64,000 nt of DNA, taken from the NCBI GenBank assembly GCA_008632985.1, contig QPGO01000031.1, forward strand, positions 124,001 to 188,000, read 5' to 3'. The number at the start of each line of letters is the position of its first letter. The stretch's first letter is position 1. Made by a program: the position numbers and the translations under genes. This stretch comes from Psammoneis japonica (lineage: Eukaryota). The notes beneath the pieces are model-generated. The model did no database searches. It was not told where the DNA came from and saw only the letters and a list, made by a program, of their open reading frames with translations. Below are positions 60,050-64,000 of the stretch, piece by piece.

Positions 60050-63000
60050 CCTTGTGATTGCGTTTGTTCATGTCAGTTACAATTTGCCCGCATCGCTCCT
60101 AAATTGCTGTTTAGCCCCCCCCCCCCAGATGCTCCAGGTGGCAGAATCCTGTTTTTGGTTTTATTGGGTTTTTGCCAGCATGGACACCAGATCCCGTGTG
60201 GGTTCCTCCCAGCAGGTCTCCCAAAAGGTGAGGCTCCAAGCACACACTGCAGCCAGCTGCACATTTGTGACAAGCGGTGCTCACCCAAATGATTTCTGAT
60301 GTGTTGTCTCAGAGCAGCAGTGGCCAGGTCAACAATCTCCCCACACAAAGCAGAACATCCTGGCACAAGAAATAGTGAGAGGGGCAGATCTCAGAGAGAT
60401 CTGCTTGGCTGCCCAAAAAGTGGTCTGACCTGCCATCCACAAATGGACTCCCTCCACAGTGGTGTGCACAGCACCAGGTGTGCTGACACCCTCCCCTGCA
60501 GCATGCAATGTTTGGCTCAAGATGCTGCAGGTCACACAAAGAAGAGAGTGATGGCACAACATCATAGACCAGAGATGACAAAAAAGCAAAAGTCTGTCAC
60601 ACAAAATGGCAGGGGGGGCAGCTCTGCATGGGTGCTTCACCCTTGCAGAGCACACAAACAGCAACATCCCATTGTGATGCATTGGGCATGCATCCACTCC
60701 ATGTCCTTGGCAAGGTCATTTGCCAGGATTGATGGCATTGGGAGTGCAGTGCCTCTCATCACAATTTTGCTGACGCCTCCTTCTGCAGCCCAAAATTGTG
60801 AAACAACAGCGGGCATTGATGTGGTGCACAAAAGCTCAGCAGGAACATGGTTGTCAGCAATGTTGACCATGAAGTTGTTGTCCATGAACAAAGGTGTGGG
60901 TCTTTCCTCCCAAGGGAGCCCCAGGTTGTTCTAAAGCACATGGTGAAGAGGGGCCAACCACAGCCATGGGTTGGGTCTTGCAAATTTAAAAGAGACCACA
61001 GCACACACCAACACCATGCTTCCACCATGGCCAGCAGTGGAGCGTCAACTGTGCAAATTGTTTCCACAAAAGCAGCACCCAGGAAAGCCATGTCAGAGCA
61101 TGGCATGAGCTTGTGGATTGTGCATGATGACTTGAGGCAGCGGACACATGCATGCTCATTGCAGCAGGCCATCTGAAACATCATCCCCAACATGATCAAA
61201 TGCCCAACCACCATTCTGCAGTTGGACAGGAAACACCAAAGCAGGTGAGCACAACATCCACAACCAGCTGTGTGCAATTTGAAGTTGAGGTGCCACTGGC
61301 AGATGCTGTGTGATGAATCATCATGGTGCACACTTGGTTCACCACACAGCAAGGCTTTGTGATTGCGTGTCAAGTTGATTGTAAAAGAGAGCCATCAGCT
61401 GGGACAAGGTGGCCCATGCAATCCAAGTGACACAGGTTGCCACCAGCAAATGGGGCAAGCAAGTTTTGCAAAACCATTTTGTTTGCCACATTTTAGCCAA
61501 GCCATGTGTGGACATCCAAAGGCAGTGCACAGCTGGGCTGGACAGATCATGTTTGGATGACAGCAACATTGTCAGTGTCTCAGCAGCTGCACTGGAGGTG
61601 TTCTGGGTGTGCTGTGCAGCAGTTGTCACTCAAAATGCTTCAATCAGGTCAGAGACATTGGCAGAACTTGACTTGGCAGGACAAGGCACCACTGGAGGAA
61701 CAGACGTGCTCATTTTGGCAGAGAAGGCTGGCCAAAAAACTCACTCCAGCCCTTGTGATTGTGCTGCATTTTGCTGGGGGGCTGAAGTGTGCACGCATTG
61801 TTGCGTGAATCTCAATGACCACATGCATGAAGCACATCTTGAGGGCCTGTGTTAGATCTTGTGGTCTGACATCTGTCAAGACAGACTGGATGGCAACCCA
61901 CCACCAACATGGAGCTTTTACTTGGAGCAAAGCTTTCTCACAAAGTGATGCAGCAGATGTGACATGGATTGGAGGGGTCCCTTGCATTTGGTGGAATGAA
62001 GTTCTAAAGGATGTGGTCAGACAAGAGCTCATCAGCACAATCTTTTGATGATTTCATGTGTGCACTTCTCATCCCCCCAAAAAGGTCCAGATCAAAAATT
62101 GTTCTGCCACAATTGCCTCCCAGGAACTCCATGGCTTTGGGGACATGAGGGAATTTCTGAAAAACAACCTCAGTTGAAACAAGGGCATTGACAACAATCA
62201 TTTTTTGCTTGGGAGTCACCATGGGGAGCGTGCCCAAAAATGTTGCTCCTGCAGTGTGCAGAAGGCCAGCGTTGTCCTGCAGCCGACAAAATGCTGCAGT
62301 TTTGAAAAAAGCTGCAGGAACAGAAACTTGGGGCAAGCTTGGTGTCAGACCACAAACCAAATGAGCCAAGACAGGGCTCACAGTGCAGAAGAAAACATGA
62401 CAAATCACAAGGCCACAGCCTGCACACCTCTGGCAAAGCTGCAAACAATGTGATGGCAGCTTTTTCTGTTGTCCTTTGCAGTGGGGCAAATGAGGAGCTC
62501 AGGCTGCTGACATTTTGCACTCTTCTTTTCAAGTGCTCTTGCGGCTTGTCTTGTCTTTGATGACCTTGGTTGCAAGCTGCACTGTGCCTTTCTTTGGCAA
62601 GTCTGTTGCATCACCAAAGAAGGGGCTTGTGTCTTGCCAAGCTGCCCCAGGAGAGTTGGTGGCCCAAGCAAGTGCAGCAGGCAGCTGTGGCAGCATGTGC
62701 TGCTAGATTTTTCACATGTCTGTGTGCTGTGCCTGTGTGTGGAGCACTGACCATGCTGAAGCTTGCTTGGAAAGGGTGGCTCCAGCCAAGGGATCTTGCA
62801 GCAGATGATGTTTGCCAGAGATTGTCACAAATGAGTTGTGTGCCACAGCTGCCTGTGCCAGCTCTTGATGCACACATGTTGTGTGTGATGATGAAAGCTT
62901 TGTGTGCAAATTGTGACCATCCATGGTGCCTTGGGCATGGGTGCTGGTTGGTGATCTGTGCAAAAGCCTTGCTGCTGTTGCAGAACATTGGAGAGCTCAG

Positions 63001-64000
63001 CATGAGACAGATTTGCAATTTTTGCAAATGAATTTTTGTCACACACTTGTGCTTCTCACGCCATCTGCACCACAAGCTGCCCTCTTGTTGCTTGGCACAT
63101 GCGCATCCTTGAGGGGCACAGCTTGGCACCACTGGTGCTTGCCTCTCTTGTGTTTGTGGTGTGGTGCACAGGATCATCTTCCACATGCATTTGGAACATG
63201 TTGTTGCTCTTGTTCAAAATTGGAATCTGCTCAACAAGAAGTCTGTGTTGTTGTCAACAAATGCTTGTCAATTGTGAACAAAGTTTCTTTGATGATTTGG
63301 TCTTGCAATGCATGCATTCTTGACAAGATGATTTTTGCACATGTTTGCAACATGACAACAGTTGATGACATGCTGTCAACAATTGACAACAAAAGTGAGC
63401 CGGTAAATGACACTTGATGAATCTGGTTGACTCAATCGAAAAATTGCCCTTCTTGACAAATGCACATTGGCTCTTGACTGGTGCCCATGTGCAGCTGTTT
63501 GCTGAGATGTTTCATTTTTGTTGACACACCACATTGCTCCAAACCAATCTTGCTGATGGTTGCAGTTCATTGTGTGTGATCTGAAGGTGGTTGCAGTGCT
63601 TTTTGCAGTTGCTGTTGGCTCTGATGATGCCACTTTCTGTTGTGTGATGTTTGCTGCATGCTGTCTTTCCTTGTTGTTGTTGCTGCTGCATTGCTTTTGG
63701 CCTCTCCATTCTTCAAGCCAAAACATCTGATTTTCATTGCATCTTGGCACAGATGGCTGCTGTTTTGTTGTTGCATGTTGTGCCAAAAATCTTTCAGGGT
63801 TCAAATGCAGTCAATTCACTTGCTTGCTTTCTTTTGTTGATTGTGGCAGCAATCCTGGTCAGAAGAGAGCAAAGAAGTGGTCAGTTGTTGGGGGGCTGTG
63901 TTGTTTGGCAAGCTTTGTACAACACATTTTGCTGTTTTGACACACCTGTTTGCAACATTTCAGCACTTGCAAACATCCTTGGCTGTTTTTGCAAATTTTT
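60050..64000. other. Hypermutated block D (ancestral element not recognised)
   Basis: Extreme TG/CA enrichment with TA and CG both rare. No motif that I can assign. Confidence 0.85.

Noticed and set aside
26921..60127. Poly-C/G runs (about 26921, 29129, 35284, 46889, 56133, 60115)
   Set aside because: Simple homopolymers, two of them near gaps. No consistent flanking structure, and they may be assembly-related.

Overview
This is eukaryotic DNA, most likely a diatom. The evidence is short GT-AG introns, a bipartite plastid presequence and CoDi-like Ty1/copia elements. Gene-bearing segments alternate with four transposon-rich blocks (about 10.7-19.3, 23.4-45.4, 53.6-56.6 and 60.0-64.0 kb). The genes are QCR6, a plastid protein, an EGF-repeat membrane protein, an ESF2/ABT1 pseudogene, FPGS/folC, an HD-like protein and four paralogous secreted Cys-rich GACC-repeat proteins. 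The main finding is that the transposon blocks carry a directional, near-saturating mutation of TpA to TpG/CpA, on top of the expected CpG to TpG/CpA decay. This is the reverse of fungal RIP. Two internal controls show it directly: a duplicated folC 5' fragment compared with its intact copy, and the two LTRs of a young copia element. It strikes only the copy next to the TE block, fades at block edges and outpaces CpG loss. It spares near-identical tandem repeats in an intact gene. It also erases Tyr and TAA/TAG codons, which explains the many spurious Cys/His-rich ORFs in the track. Other points of interest are a probable UGA-CUA gag-pol readthrough site, a MITE with a visible empty site, nested piggyBac/LINE/copia relics and the GACC-repeat gene family. 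All alignments and counts were done by eye.
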